Of a stretch of DNA of 64,000 bases, positions 29,801 through 39,784 are shown piece after piece (position 1 is the stretch's first letter; every line of letters starts with the position of its first letter). A program made the position numbers and the translations under genes. This DNA comes from Bacilli bacterium. Its GTDB lineage: Bacteria > Bacillota_I > Bacilli_A > RFN20 > CAG-826. The stretch covers positions 1,372-65,371 of the forward strand of contig JBJEDU010000030.1 in the NCBI GenBank assembly GCA_051872395.1, read 5' to 3'. The notes beneath the pieces were generated by a model, which made no database searches, was not told where the DNA came from, and worked only from the letters and a program-made list of their open reading frames with translations.

Positions 29801-30784
29801 GAATATGTGCCTATCTATAATGGTAATTCTTCTTATGTTTTGACTATCGCTAATTTAGAACCATTAGTGCTTCCAGATGGAAGACTTGTCATTTTTTATC
29901 GTTCAATGCTCAAAGATGTTTATTCATCTATTAGAGCAAGAATTTCTACTGACAATGGAGTCACATTTTCTTCTCCAATCATTATTTTAGAGAATTATGG
30001 ATCGCTCGGTATGTATGAACCTTTTGGGGTTATCGATGATAATACTATTCAGCTATTTATTTCATGCGATATTTCCTCTACTTTAGATGGAGGTTATGGT
30101 CCTGATAACACCTCCTTAATATGCAAAAACGGATATCAAAATATTGTGCGTATTCCTATCGATATATCCACGAAGAGTACTTTTAATATTGGTGATCCCA
30201 CCCCAGTCATAAAAGGTACCACTAATTATCGTCGTCCAGGGATGAGCGTCGTTTCTCAACTTCTCGATGGTAGTTACGCAATGGTTATTGAACATAATGG
30301 AACTTTGTCCTCGACCTCCAATTACAAAATGCGCATCGCAATATCCTATTCCAAAGACTTATTAACTTGGACCACCCCAAAAGATTTAATTCTTCCTTCT
30401 CAAAGTGGGGAGAAAGTTATTAATGGTGTCGCTGATATATACCGTGCTCAAGCGCCCTATATCCAAGTACTTCCTAGTGGGCAAATCGCTGTTAGTTATA
30501 TGACTAATGAATTTTATGAAGGTGATTATTTTGAAACTGATAATGATATTTTTAGAACAGTGGAATTATCCGTTTCAACAAAAAGAGTAAATTATAATGA
30601 CACAGTCGAAATGGAAAGAGTGGAATTCGCTGGTCATCATGAATATAACCATGGTTCTTCTTTTGGTAGTTGTAAAATTATCAAAGGAGAATTGGTGTTA
30701 ATCTACACAGATTATGAAATCACTGACGAAAGTTTTAATCGAACTTCCGAAGGATTTTCATTTTCAAGAATTACTATTTTATAG
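26801..30784 (+). CDS. Large secreted protein: novel N-domain, GLUG-motif region and C-terminal BNR/GH93-like beta-propeller
   Basis: Signal peptide; F.GTF.GN.H.I and many VGGIVG/C.N.G repeats; Asp-box STDNGVTF, YEPF, RPGM..V..L.DG.Y...E, APY. Confidence 0.75.
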   Translation: MKKLIKWLFPILGVTSCFALMVSVFSNGGNKYISTTKNNTSSPEYTINFTDKENHVETSGTGTVTAKTVMGNEIEFAYTDATSTSDSFVILASGGSFYNNYSVSVVGNNRLSGVYSVTATFSGTLNLDYTWNETLESGEPYLRSGIVLQTGVEFTFGNETPSFLKFSAGTAVTIESINVKYSCSYSDIPDSVYKISNPNDLVNFTYLVNNGLQDLSAILLDDINMDGVSYSGIDTTYTGTFNGNNHAITGLSFSTGGVKCNDSLFAILGDGGVIQNLDVTATLTNVDTRNAIIVGEMTGASTIKNCIARGTVTAKATADEGIGGVVGYISSTTGAVVDNCVNFASVTSPSNGSFGRRVAGIVGGTGSSSSSAPTKATITNCTNYGKIYARSYAGGIVGQLGYGTTQVVDGNKNYGIIDTVNGGYGGGIVGRFLQGTITNNFSGGGYVYGTTTRITVGHKTTTTTDEDGNSTTTTTYLKMDDISIIAKKVPTTVNYLASASDKSVAGYETIGSGSTNYGYCVGEFNGTGVIDDTNIAGWSGSKTAASALSGTGTEEDPYLIVRAKDYFALRDICNASSSDVHFKLMKDIDLDYHKDDPDYSASTNTAYSLIIGTAAAKTEALAFKGTFDGNGHTIYNFSSSTGDTIGSGLFSYTDGATIKNVTFVNPTIKNVKSKGMIAVVTGSTTGVTIEKVNVVGGRVNSTNEVGSLVGTVKSGTATITNCSSSATITGTNSVGGFVGGVGFTNNSTSTTAATLDIQNSTFTGTITTSAASSSTFTGVGGIVGASGTIDSITIDGCVNVGSVTDEYNEGVGGIFGKNVEIETTSAITISDCKNYGAIAGVDSVGGIVGHASETTNTSIVSNSNNYGNIAGSDTSTAVGGIFGTKNWAAESCNTSKTATVISGTYKAETVFGETTVYLAGVDNKTESNTDCGLCNPETYVAPSKLIKNTVTTVSAHLAHYGRYAELNNGKNIFTYSGGYFLSTTDGFTYGSFTSFKTLETEYVPIYNGNSSYVLTIANLEPLVLPDGRLVIFYRSMLKDVYSSIRARISTDNGVTFSSPIIILENYGSLGMYEPFGVIDDNTIQLFISCDISSTLDGGYGPDNTSLICKNGYQNIVRIPIDISTKSTFNIGDPTPVIKGTTNYRRPGMSVVSQLLDGSYAMVIEHNGTLSSTSNYKMRIAISYSKDLLTWTTPKDLILPSQSGEKVINGVADIYRAQAPYIQVLPSGQIAVSYMTNEFYEGDYFETDNDIFRTVELSVSTKRVNYNDTVEMERVEFAGHHEYNHGSSFGSCKIIKGELVLIYTDYEITDESFNRTSEGFSFSRITIL

Positions 30785-30799
30785 GAGTTAGTAGCAATA

Positions 30800-33385
30800 A
30801 TGAAAAAGAAAAACTTAATAATTTATTCATTAATTTTATTTCCAACACTTCCCTTTCTTTCTTCATGTAATAATAATTCTTCAAAATTAGCGCCTATTTT
30901 TGAAGAAGATGAAATTTCATATCAAAAAGAAGAATATGAAACTTATCATAATTACATTGAAATATTTGATGACAAAGGCACTTTGTATCAAATTGGTGAC
31001 CCATATATCTTAAGATATAATGGTAAATATTATTTATATTCATCAAATACTGGCACTAATATTAACAATGGTATTCCTTGTTGGGTTTCATCAAATTTAG
31101 TGGATTGGACTTTTGATAGTTGGGTGTATGGTGATGGCACGACAAATAGTGGTGGAGCCTATACCTATACCGCTTTCGCTCCAGAAGTAACATATTATAA
31201 TGGTTATTTCTATATGTGCGAAGCTCCAAATGGTAATGGTCATTACATTTTTAGATGTGACACTCCAGATGGAAAATTTGAAAGAGTTTCCGACAATATT
31301 GGTTTAGGTATTGATGGTTCATTATATGTTGAAAACGGCAAATTATATTTACTGAGCGCTGCTAGTGGATATAGTGGAGGTTCTATTGGATACGCTCTTT
31401 TAACCGTCGGTGAAGATGGAAGAGTTACTGCCGGTGTTCGTAATGGTATCAATGTCGCAACATTGAATGGTTGGACTGAAGGTCCTGGATATTTTGAAAG
31501 AAATGGTTATCGCTATTTGACTTATACTGGTAACCATGTCAATGCTTCTAGTTACCGTGTTGCGTACGCTTACACTAATTCGACATCATTATTTAAAAGT
31601 TTAGTTACTACTGATAATAACATCATTTTAATTTCAACTGGTGATACGACTCCATATCCATATGAAGGTGGATATAATGGTGATCCTACTCAAACTGTTT
31701 CTCTTGATACTTATCGTGGTTTAGGGCATAGCGCAAATGTGTTAGGTCCAAACCTCGATAGTGAATATATTTCCTATCATAATGCTGGTAGAATTACTCA
31801 CAATAATTTAAGTACGACTCCAAAATTTAATCGTCGATTAAATGTTTCTCAATTATTTACTGATAATAAAAATCTCTCAGTTAATGGTTTATGTATCTAT
31901 GATACAGTTAAACCAACACTTCCAGATTTTTCTTTAGTCAATAATCCTGAAGAAGATAAATTAGATAATTCCTCTAATGAATATAATTTATCTAATAAAA
32001 TGACTGGAGATATTTATACAGTTGAATTCAATATTAAACTTGATTCTTTAAATAAAGCCAATGTCGTCTTTAGTTATGTTGATGATAATAACTTCTCTTC
32101 TGTGGAAGTTGATGGAGAAACTATCAAATTACATAAAACCACTGAAGGAGAAAAAGAAACTTTATTAACTTCACAAATTTTAGTTAGCGATAATAAAGAT
32201 GCTTATCACACTATTAAAGTTGTTAATGGTCAAGATAAATGTTCTTTATATTACGATAATGATCTTGAAGGTAGTGTTTCCACTAATGCTGGTAAAGAAG
32301 GCTATGTTGGAGTTAGTAAAGACTTAGTGATGGGCGAAGTTAGTTTCACTAATGACGCTTATGGAACTTCTGATTTTGAAGCGATTAAAAATTTAGGAGC
32401 GCAATTCCCTTCTATCAATTACTTAAAAGAAGAAAAGAGAGGATTTTCTATCGCTAACGCTACACTTAAAGAAGGTGGAGTTAGACAAAACGAAAAAGAA
32501 AATACTTCATTAGTGAATGAAGAAACTCTTGTTACCTTAAATAAAAACGATTGGGTTAAATACGCCATCAACGCTCCAACTGAAGGTGACTACGGACTTT
32601 ATTTAAAAGTTAATAACGCTTCATTAAATTCTAAATTTAGAGTTGTTATCGATGATACTGATGTATTTGATATGAGTATTAGTGACGCTACTATTGATGA
32701 AGATAATAATGTCTTTGTTTATACTGGCTTATTCAACATCAAAGAAAAAGGTATTCATTCATTAAAAATATTATGTGACTCTAAAGAATTATCATTCTCT
32801 ATGGTCGAAACTAGAAAGAGCGATAATGTTGATTCTTTTGAAAATTCATTGACGGAAGAATTTGAACAATCAACCACTATCATGGGATCATATAAAACTG
32901 ATATCGGTGGACTTCAAACCAAAACATCTGAAGTAGAAACGATGATTTATTTTGGTGATAGTGCAAAATCTAATTTTGAATTAAATGTTAATGTCGCCTT
33001 AATTGGTGGCGATGCTGGCATTGTCTTTAGAACAAAAAATTATTCATATACCACCATTTCTGGTTCTGTTAATGGTAGTAATACATTCCAAGGTTATTAT
33101 TTATCATTACAAACTAATGGAATTATGAATTTATATAAATATAACTATGGTTACGACACTTTAGAAACGGTCGTACCAGAGGATAATAACGGAAACTTGT
33201 TATTAGGAGTTACAGCATCAATTAAAGTTAGCGTCAAAGTGATTAACAATGTCATTAAAGTTAGCCTTAATAATAAAGAATATATATCTATTAGTGACAC
33301 TGACCCATTCATTAATGGATATGTTGGTTTCTACACTAAAAATACCCAAATATCCTATAAGGATTTGGAATACAAAATTATTTAA
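30800..33385 (+). CDS. GH43 lipoprotein with accessory CBM6/35-like and DUF1080-like domains
   Basis: Lipobox LSSC; GDPYIL, FAPEV, IDG, EGP, GH; ..DWVKY.I....G.Y CBM-like pattern. Confidence 0.85.
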   Translation: MKKKNLIIYSLILFPTLPFLSSCNNNSSKLAPIFEEDEISYQKEEYETYHNYIEIFDDKGTLYQIGDPYILRYNGKYYLYSSNTGTNINNGIPCWVSSNLVDWTFDSWVYGDGTTNSGGAYTYTAFAPEVTYYNGYFYMCEAPNGNGHYIFRCDTPDGKFERVSDNIGLGIDGSLYVENGKLYLLSAASGYSGGSIGYALLTVGEDGRVTAGVRNGINVATLNGWTEGPGYFERNGYRYLTYTGNHVNASSYRVAYAYTNSTSLFKSLVTTDNNIILISTGDTTPYPYEGGYNGDPTQTVSLDTYRGLGHSANVLGPNLDSEYISYHNAGRITHNNLSTTPKFNRRLNVSQLFTDNKNLSVNGLCIYDTVKPTLPDFSLVNNPEEDKLDNSSNEYNLSNKMTGDIYTVEFNIKLDSLNKANVVFSYVDDNNFSSVEVDGETIKLHKTTEGEKETLLTSQILVSDNKDAYHTIKVVNGQDKCSLYYDNDLEGSVSTNAGKEGYVGVSKDLVMGEVSFTNDAYGTSDFEAIKNLGAQFPSINYLKEEKRGFSIANATLKEGGVRQNEKENTSLVNEETLVTLNKNDWVKYAINAPTEGDYGLYLKVNNASLNSKFRVVIDDTDVFDMSISDATIDEDNNVFVYTGLFNIKEKGIHSLKILCDSKELSFSMVETRKSDNVDSFENSLTEEFEQSTTIMGSYKTDIGGLQTKTSEVETMIYFGDSAKSNFELNVNVALIGGDAGIVFRTKNYSYTTISGSVNGSNTFQGYYLSLQTNGIMNLYKYNYGYDTLETVVPEDNNGNLLLGVTASIKVSVKVINNVIKVSLNNKEYISISDTDPFINGYVGFYTKNTQISYKDLEYKII

Positions 33386-33405
33386 AACCGGAGGTTTATA
33401 ATTTT

Positions 33406-34863
33406 ATGAACAAAAAAACTATTATTCCTGTATTGTTCTTTGCTAGCATCTTAACTTTAACTAGTTGCTCTAAACCTAGCGAAGGGACATCTGAAGGAAA
33501 AACTGTCATTACATTCGCTGGAAGAAGTAATGAAAACGAAGAGGCTAATTATCGTCAATTCATTGCTGAATTCGAAGAATTACACCCAGACATTAAGGTT
33601 AATATCGAATGGTATGCGAACGAAAATGCCTATAACCAAGCGTTGAGTGGAAAACTTAGAAAATTACCTGACATTTTTATGCTTTCAGATGACCAATTTA
33701 TTCCATACGCTGAAGGTGGTTTCTTAGCTGATTATCGTGATTATGTCGATATGGATGAATTAAAAGAACTCGTCTATGAATATGGCGCGGAAGCATATTG
33801 TTATAATACAAGAACTGACGTTTATGGTTGGGATGAAGATGATCCCGATTGTGGATTCTTTGGTTATCCAAAAGATCAAGGTCCAATCGCTATTATGTAT
33901 AACAAAACATTATTCACATCTTTGATGGAAAGATATAATGCACAAGTTAGTGATTCATCATTACAACTTAAATTACCATCACCAACTCATCCTTATACAT
34001 ACGCTGAATTTATCGAAGTATGTGGAAAATTAAAAGACGCTGATGGCAGTGCCACTTTCTATCCAGTGGCTGGATATGATTTTGATAGTGCCATTTATTC
34101 AAATAATGCAAACTACTTTAATGAAGATGCGACAGTGCAAACTATTACTACTGATAACTTCATTGAAGCGGTTGAATTCTATCGTGATTTATATTCCACT
34201 GGTTGTATTGCTCCTTATGGAGGAACAGTTGTTGGTAATGAATCAACATTCATTTCTGGAAGAAATGTCTTCTATTATGCTGGACCATGGAAATGTAAAG
34301 ATTATTGGAAACAAATTGATAATTTTGAATGGGATTTAATTCCAATGTGTGTTGGTCCTGCTGAAGGTGCACTTTCAACTTCTTATATTGGTTCTATGGG
34401 CTATGTCATTGCTCAAAGATCCACTGTTAAAGAACAAGCTATCGAATTAGCGAAATATTTAGCCACTAATGAAAGCAGTCAACGTTCTCAATATATGAGA
34501 GGACAAGCGATTCCTAACATTAAAACAATGAGTGAAGAATATATAAATGATACATACAACTTATTAAATGGTAAAAATCCAGCAAATAGAGCGTGTTGGA
34601 TTGATATCGTTGATGGAACTGGTACTACCAAAGTTGATGAAAATGGTGAAGAATACACTGATGTTGTTACTGGTCATTATCGTCCAGCCAAATACACCTA
34701 TTCCTCAACATGGAGAACCGATTTATCAAACTGGCTCGCTGGTCAAGGCACTAATGGTAAAAACGTTTGGAAAGGGGAAATTACACCTCGTGATGCTTTG
34801 ACTCAATTTGCCCCAACTTTACAAACTTACCTTGAAAACATGAAAGAACAAAGTTCATTGTAA
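33406..34863 (+). CDS. Carbohydrate ABC transporter substrate-binding lipoprotein
   Basis: Lipobox LTSC; F...HPDIKV, PDIF, PKD......YNK.LF, GPW. Confidence 0.92.
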   Translation: MNKKTIIPVLFFASILTLTSCSKPSEGTSEGKTVITFAGRSNENEEANYRQFIAEFEELHPDIKVNIEWYANENAYNQALSGKLRKLPDIFMLSDDQFIPYAEGGFLADYRDYVDMDELKELVYEYGAEAYCYNTRTDVYGWDEDDPDCGFFGYPKDQGPIAIMYNKTLFTSLMERYNAQVSDSSLQLKLPSPTHPYTYAEFIEVCGKLKDADGSATFYPVAGYDFDSAIYSNNANYFNEDATVQTITTDNFIEAVEFYRDLYSTGCIAPYGGTVVGNESTFISGRNVFYYAGPWKCKDYWKQIDNFEWDLIPMCVGPAEGALSTSYIGSMGYVIAQRSTVKEQAIELAKYLATNESSQRSQYMRGQAIPNIKTMSEEYINDTYNLLNGKNPANRACWIDIVDGTGTTKVDENGEEYTDVVTGHYRPAKYTYSSTWRTDLSNWLAGQGTNGKNVWKGEITPRDALTQFAPTLQTYLENMKEQSSL

Positions 34864-34864
34864 T

Positions 34865-35848
34865 ATGACTGACGTAGCTTTAAATAATAACAACGATATT
34901 GAGTTAGTTAATAACCTTAACTATAACCCAAATAAAAAAGAGAAAAGAAAATCTTTGGAAAAAAGAGAAAGTCGAATTGCTTTCTGCTTTGTCCTTATCA
35001 AGATTGTTGGCTTTGTCATCTTTACTCTTTTCCCAGTTTGTATTGCTTTGATATATTCATTCTCTAATATGGACCCATGGCGATTTCCAGACTTAGTATT
35101 CAAATATTTTGGAAACGCTAATTTCTGGTGTGGGTTCAATAACTATGTAAATTTATTTACTAATCAAATTTATAGCGCTCAATTTTATAAATCTATCGCT
35201 AATACATTAATTAATGTCATTTCAGTTCCTCTTGGAATGATGCTCGGTTTAGTTTTAGCGATGATATTAACAAAGAAAACCATCAAATTTAAGGCAGTAT
35301 TCAGAGTTTTAATTTATATGCCAGTCGTCGCTAGTGCAGTGGCTATTGGCTATATTTGGAGATATATTTTTGAAACTGAATATGGTCTTTTAGAAAAGAT
35401 ATTCCATTTCAATGTCAACTGGTTTTCTAATGTGAATTTAACACGTTTAGCGATTATCATTAAAAACTCTTGGGGTTCGATGGGCCGTTCAATGATTTTA
35501 TATCTCGCAGCGATGCTCGCAATCCCTCAAAGTTATTATGAGGCCGCCGAAATTGATGGGGCAAACAGTACTCAACAATTCTTTAAAATCACTTTGCCTT
35601 TAGTTTCTCCAACGACATTCTATTTGTTAGTTATGGGAATTATTGGTCACTTACAAAGTTATAATGACTCACAAATCTTCGCGAGCGAAGCTAGTGGTAG
35701 TAGAACGGTCGTTTGGTTCATTTGGAACTATGGTATTAAAAACCACCAATACGGATTAGCGGCCGCAGCGAGTGTTTTGCTAGCGATATTCATCATGGGA
35801 CTTACTATTGTCCAATTCAAAATTAATGGAAGGAGAAAGTTAAAATAA
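34865..35848 (+). CDS. Carbohydrate ABC transporter permease
   Basis: EAA.IDGA....FFKITLP motif. Confidence 0.93.
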   Translation: MTDVALNNNNDIELVNNLNYNPNKKEKRKSLEKRESRIAFCFVLIKIVGFVIFTLFPVCIALIYSFSNMDPWRFPDLVFKYFGNANFWCGFNNYVNLFTNQIYSAQFYKSIANTLINVISVPLGMMLGLVLAMILTKKTIKFKAVFRVLIYMPVVASAVAIGYIWRYIFETEYGLLEKIFHFNVNWFSNVNLTRLAIIIKNSWGSMGRSMILYLAAMLAIPQSYYEAAEIDGANSTQQFFKITLPLVSPTTFYLLVMGIIGHLQSYNDSQIFASEASGSRTVVWFIWNYGIKNHQYGLAAAASVLLAIFIMGLTIVQFKINGRRKLK

Positions 35849-35849
35849 T

Positions 35850-36839
35850 ATGAAATTATTAATTACTATTCTATGTGTAATCGTGGCTATTATTTTAATT
35901 TTTGTATTAGTCCATTATATTATTCGTTTAATCGCGAGAAGACAAATTATTAAAGAAGGTGTGGTCGATCCAAACGTCATCGATGAATTTTGTTCGAATA
36001 GAACTCAAAAATATGATTTTGTTTCGACTCATATTGGATATTATTCCATATTGGTTATTGCTTGTTTATCGACATTATTCCCATTCATTTGGATGATTTT
36101 AACATCATTAAAAACTGTCGCTGAAGCGAGTGATGTTGTTAATCTTCACTTCTTTCCTGCCGTTCCACAGTGGAGCAACTACAAAGCAGTATTTGAAAGA
36201 TTAAATATTTTAACTGGTCTTAAAAATACCATGATTATTGAAATTGGTACTTTACCAATTTCCTTATTTGTCTCTGCTTTAGTAGCATATGCTTTTGAAA
36301 AGATGAAACTTCGTCATAAAACATTCTGGCTCTTATTCATTATGAGTGGAATGATGGTTCCATATGCTTCAGTTTTATTACCTCAATATAGAATGTGGAA
36401 CTATATCTTTAATGATGAACCAGGATTATGGCCATTTATTTTACCTACTTGGTTTGGTAATGTCAGTGTCGTCTTCTTCTTCATTCAATATATGAAAGGA
36501 ATCCCAAGCGAATTATTTGAAGCTAGTAAAATCGATGGCGCGGGTTATTTCAAATCTTTTCTTCTCATTATGCTTCCAAATATGGTGCTTGCAATTGTTT
36601 GCCAAGCGGTCTTTGGATTTGTCAGTCACTGGAATGACTTCTTTGGACCATCCATTTATTTGAGTGATCCACAGTATAAGACATTACAAGTTTTACTTTA
36701 TAGCTTTGCTAGTAGTGGCACTGATAAACCAATGTTATATGCGGCAAGTTTTATCACTTGTATTCCACTTTTTGTCATCTATTTAGCGTTCCAAAAATTC
36801 TTTGTTGGCTCTTTAGCGATTTCTGGAATCAAGGAGTAA
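35850..36839 (+). CDS. Carbohydrate ABC transporter permease
   Basis: PF.WM..TSLK, EAS.IDGA, WNDF..P, FQKFFV..L..SGIK. Confidence 0.93.
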   Translation: MKLLITILCVIVAIILIFVLVHYIIRLIARRQIIKEGVVDPNVIDEFCSNRTQKYDFVSTHIGYYSILVIACLSTLFPFIWMILTSLKTVAEASDVVNLHFFPAVPQWSNYKAVFERLNILTGLKNTMIIEIGTLPISLFVSALVAYAFEKMKLRHKTFWLLFIMSGMMVPYASVLLPQYRMWNYIFNDEPGLWPFILPTWFGNVSVVFFFIQYMKGIPSELFEASKIDGAGYFKSFLLIMLPNMVLAIVCQAVFGFVSHWNDFFGPSIYLSDPQYKTLQVLLYSFASSGTDKPMLYAASFITCIPLFVIYLAFQKFFVGSLAISGIKE

Positions 36840-36848
36840 GAAATTTTT

Positions 36849-38594
36849 ATGAAATATTCAAAATGTTTTATTTCTAAAGAATATCCACGTCCAAACTTCA
36901 CGAGAAATGATTATTTATCATTAAATGGTGAATGGGATTTTTGTTTTCTTGATGAAGACACGATGAATATTTCAAATGTTACTTTCGATAAAAAGATTAT
37001 TGTTCCTTATACTTATAACACTAAGAAAAGTGGTATCAATGTCGATACTTTTTATCCTGTTGTTTGGTATAAAAGAACATTTAAAATTAACACTAATAAA
37101 AAGAGAATAATCCTCCATCTTGATGGAGTGGATTATTATTCTTATGTTTATGTTAATCACCATTTAGCGGGCTCTTTTTCTTCTGGTTATACTCGTCATA
37201 GTGTCGATATTAGTGAATTTGTTAATAAAAATAACGAAGAAAATGAATTAATTATTAAATGTATCGACACGAAAGAATCACATCAACCACGTGGTAAACA
37301 AAGATATATCGACCATAACGTTTCTTGTTTTTATGAAGAGACGACTGGGATATATAAAACCGTTTGGTTAGAATTTGTTAATGATGTCTATCTTAAAAGT
37401 GTTCATCAAGATGTTATATTCGCTGAAGACGCGATTAAATATTCTTATACTTTAAATAAATTTAAAGATAATTTAAAACTTAATATTAAAGTATATTATG
37501 CGGATAAATTAATTAAATCAGTGAGCGAAGATTTATTAGATAGAACGGGAAGTATTACTTTATGTTTACGAGATAAAGATAGAATATTACCGGTTCATTA
37601 TTGGGGCATTGCTAATCCTCGTTTATATGATGTTGAATACACTTTATATTTAAATGATGAAGTTATTGATTTTGTCTCTTCTTATAGCGGGATTGCCTCT
37701 TTCACTAATGTGAATAACATTATTAAAATTAATCATTGGCCAATTTATTTAAAAATGGTTCTTGATCAAGGATATTATCCTGACCAAGGTTTAACTGGTG
37801 ATTTCGATTTATTTGAACAAGATATTTTATTAATGAAATCGCTCGGATTTAATGGAGCGAGAAAACATCAAAAAATTGAAGATGAAAGATACCATTATTT
37901 ATGTGATGTTTTAGGTTTTTATAGTTGGGTAGAAATGCCATCAAGTTATTATTTTGATGAATTTGCCCTTCAAGAAATTAATAAAAATTGGCTAGATATT
38001 TTATATCAATATCATGATTATCCTTCCGTGATGGCGTTTGTTATTTATAACGAGTCTTGGGGTGTCATGCATATTAATGACAACAAAGAACAACAAAACG
38101 CTTCTTTATCTTTATACCACTTAACTAAAGCAGTGTTCCCATATAAATTCGCTATATCTAATGATGGATGGGAACACACTAAGTCGGATTTATTAACTAC
38201 CCATAATTATGCACAAAATAAAGAAGCCTTCTTAAAGAGTTATCAAAATAAAGAAGTTTTTGTTAATAATTTAAAAACTACTTTATTGAATAGAAATCCT
38301 TTCGCTTCAGGTTTTGTTTATGAAAATCAACCAATCGTTATTTCTGAATGTTTGGGAACTTCATTTGAAAAAGAAAATAAATCATCAACATGGGGTTATG
38401 GAAATAAAGCAAAAGATGAAGAAGAATTTTATTCACGATTAAAAGATATTATTGAAAGTATTTCTTCTTTAGATTTTGTTAGTGGATATTGCATTACTCA
38501 ACTTCGTGATGTGGGTTTAGAAACTAATGGATTATTAGATTTAAAAGGTAATCTAAAATTTGATGTTAATCGAATCAAGGAGATTATTAAATAA
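36849..38594 (+). CDS. GH2 glycoside hydrolase, cytoplasmic
   Basis: YPRP.F.R....LNGEW.F, QPRGKQ, GI..TVWLE, LDQGY, GFN..RKH.K.E, NESWG, SE. Confidence 0.9.
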   Translation: MKYSKCFISKEYPRPNFTRNDYLSLNGEWDFCFLDEDTMNISNVTFDKKIIVPYTYNTKKSGINVDTFYPVVWYKRTFKINTNKKRIILHLDGVDYYSYVYVNHHLAGSFSSGYTRHSVDISEFVNKNNEENELIIKCIDTKESHQPRGKQRYIDHNVSCFYEETTGIYKTVWLEFVNDVYLKSVHQDVIFAEDAIKYSYTLNKFKDNLKLNIKVYYADKLIKSVSEDLLDRTGSITLCLRDKDRILPVHYWGIANPRLYDVEYTLYLNDEVIDFVSSYSGIASFTNVNNIIKINHWPIYLKMVLDQGYYPDQGLTGDFDLFEQDILLMKSLGFNGARKHQKIEDERYHYLCDVLGFYSWVEMPSSYYFDEFALQEINKNWLDILYQYHDYPSVMAFVIYNESWGVMHINDNKEQQNASLSLYHLTKAVFPYKFAISNDGWEHTKSDLLTTHNYAQNKEAFLKSYQNKEVFVNNLKTTLLNRNPFASGFVYENQPIVISECLGTSFEKENKSSTWGYGNKAKDEEEFYSRLKDIIESISSLDFVSGYCITQLRDVGLETNGLLDLKGNLKFDVNRIKEIIK

Positions 38595-38596
38595 TT

Positions 38597-39784
38597 ATGC
38601 TTATCTTAGTGTGTAATGCTGGTAGTACCTCCTTAAAATTTAAATTATATGATTTTCCAGAAGAAAAACTTTTGTCTTCAGCGAAAATTGAAAGAATCGG
38701 GGATGATAAATATTCCATCTTTCATTTTGAAAATCATTTAAATAATCATGTTTATGATAATTCTTCTTTAATTATTAAAGATTATGTTTCAGGTATTTCT
38801 TTATTTTTAAATTCGTTGATAGAAAAAGAGAAAGTTATCAAAAATATTAAAGAGATTTCCGCGGTTGGTTTTAAAACGGTCATCTCTAAAGGATATAACG
38901 ACGTCCATATTATTACTGATGAAGTCATCAAGGGAATGGAAGAATATCTCGATATCGCAAAAGTTCATAATACTTGTTATATTTCCGTTATTAATGCTTT
39001 TAGAAATATTGATTCATCAATTCCACTAGTGGGAGTTTTTGAAACTTCATTCCATAAAACGATAAGTAAAGAAAAATATACTTATCCAATTCCTTTAAAA
39101 TATCGTGAAAAATTCAATGTGAGAAAATATGGATACCATGGTTCATCTCACGAATATAGCGCGTCTCTAATCAAAAATAAATTTGGCGATAATATTAAAC
39201 ACATATCTTTACATCTTGGTGGTTCGAGTTCCGCCTGCGCGATTTATGATGGCAAAAGTGTCGATTCATCTTTTGCGATGTCGCTTCAAACCGGATTAAT
39301 GCACGCTTATCGAAGCGGTGATGTCGATAGTTTTATTTTCCCATTTTTATTAAATCGAGGATACTCTTTAGAGGAAATTGAAAACGACCTCGCTAAAGAG
39401 GGAGGACTCAAAGGTATCTATTTAAAAAGCGGAGATGTAAGAGACATTCTTGATGGGGTTAAAAATAACGATGAAAACGCAGTGCTCGCACTTGATATGT
39501 TTGCTTATTACGTCAAACGATATATTGGAAGCTTTATGGCCATTCTTTCAGGAGTTGATGTTATCTCTTTTTCCGGAGGGATTGGTGAAAAATCTCCATA
39601 TATTAGAAATTTAATATTAAAAGATTTATCTCCATTAGGAATTGAATTAGATAATGATAAAAATGAGAATATTCCTTCTGATGGAATTATTTCTAAAGAT
39701 AGTTCAAAAGTCAAAATCGTGGTAGTGAACACTGATGAAGAAATAATTGTCAGTAGAAAGACTTACAAGAAAATTTATGGATAA
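38597..39784 (+). CDS. ackA: Acetate/propionate kinase family enzyme (divergent)
   Basis: LV.NAGSTSLKF, RKYGYHGSSH, HLG, RSGD, SGD.RD, FSGGIGE, TDEE; several active-site substitutions (see findings). Confidence 0.85.
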   Translation: MLILVCNAGSTSLKFKLYDFPEEKLLSSAKIERIGDDKYSIFHFENHLNNHVYDNSSLIIKDYVSGISLFLNSLIEKEKVIKNIKEISAVGFKTVISKGYNDVHIITDEVIKGMEEYLDIAKVHNTCYISVINAFRNIDSSIPLVGVFETSFHKTISKEKYTYPIPLKYREKFNVRKYGYHGSSHEYSASLIKNKFGDNIKHISLHLGGSSSACAIYDGKSVDSSFAMSLQTGLMHAYRSGDVDSFIFPFLLNRGYSLEEIENDLAKEGGLKGIYLKSGDVRDILDGVKNNDENAVLALDMFAYYVKRYIGSFMAILSGVDVISFSGGIGEKSPYIRNLILKDLSPLGIELDNDKNENIPSDGIISKDSSKVKIVVVNTDEEIIVSRKTYKKIYG

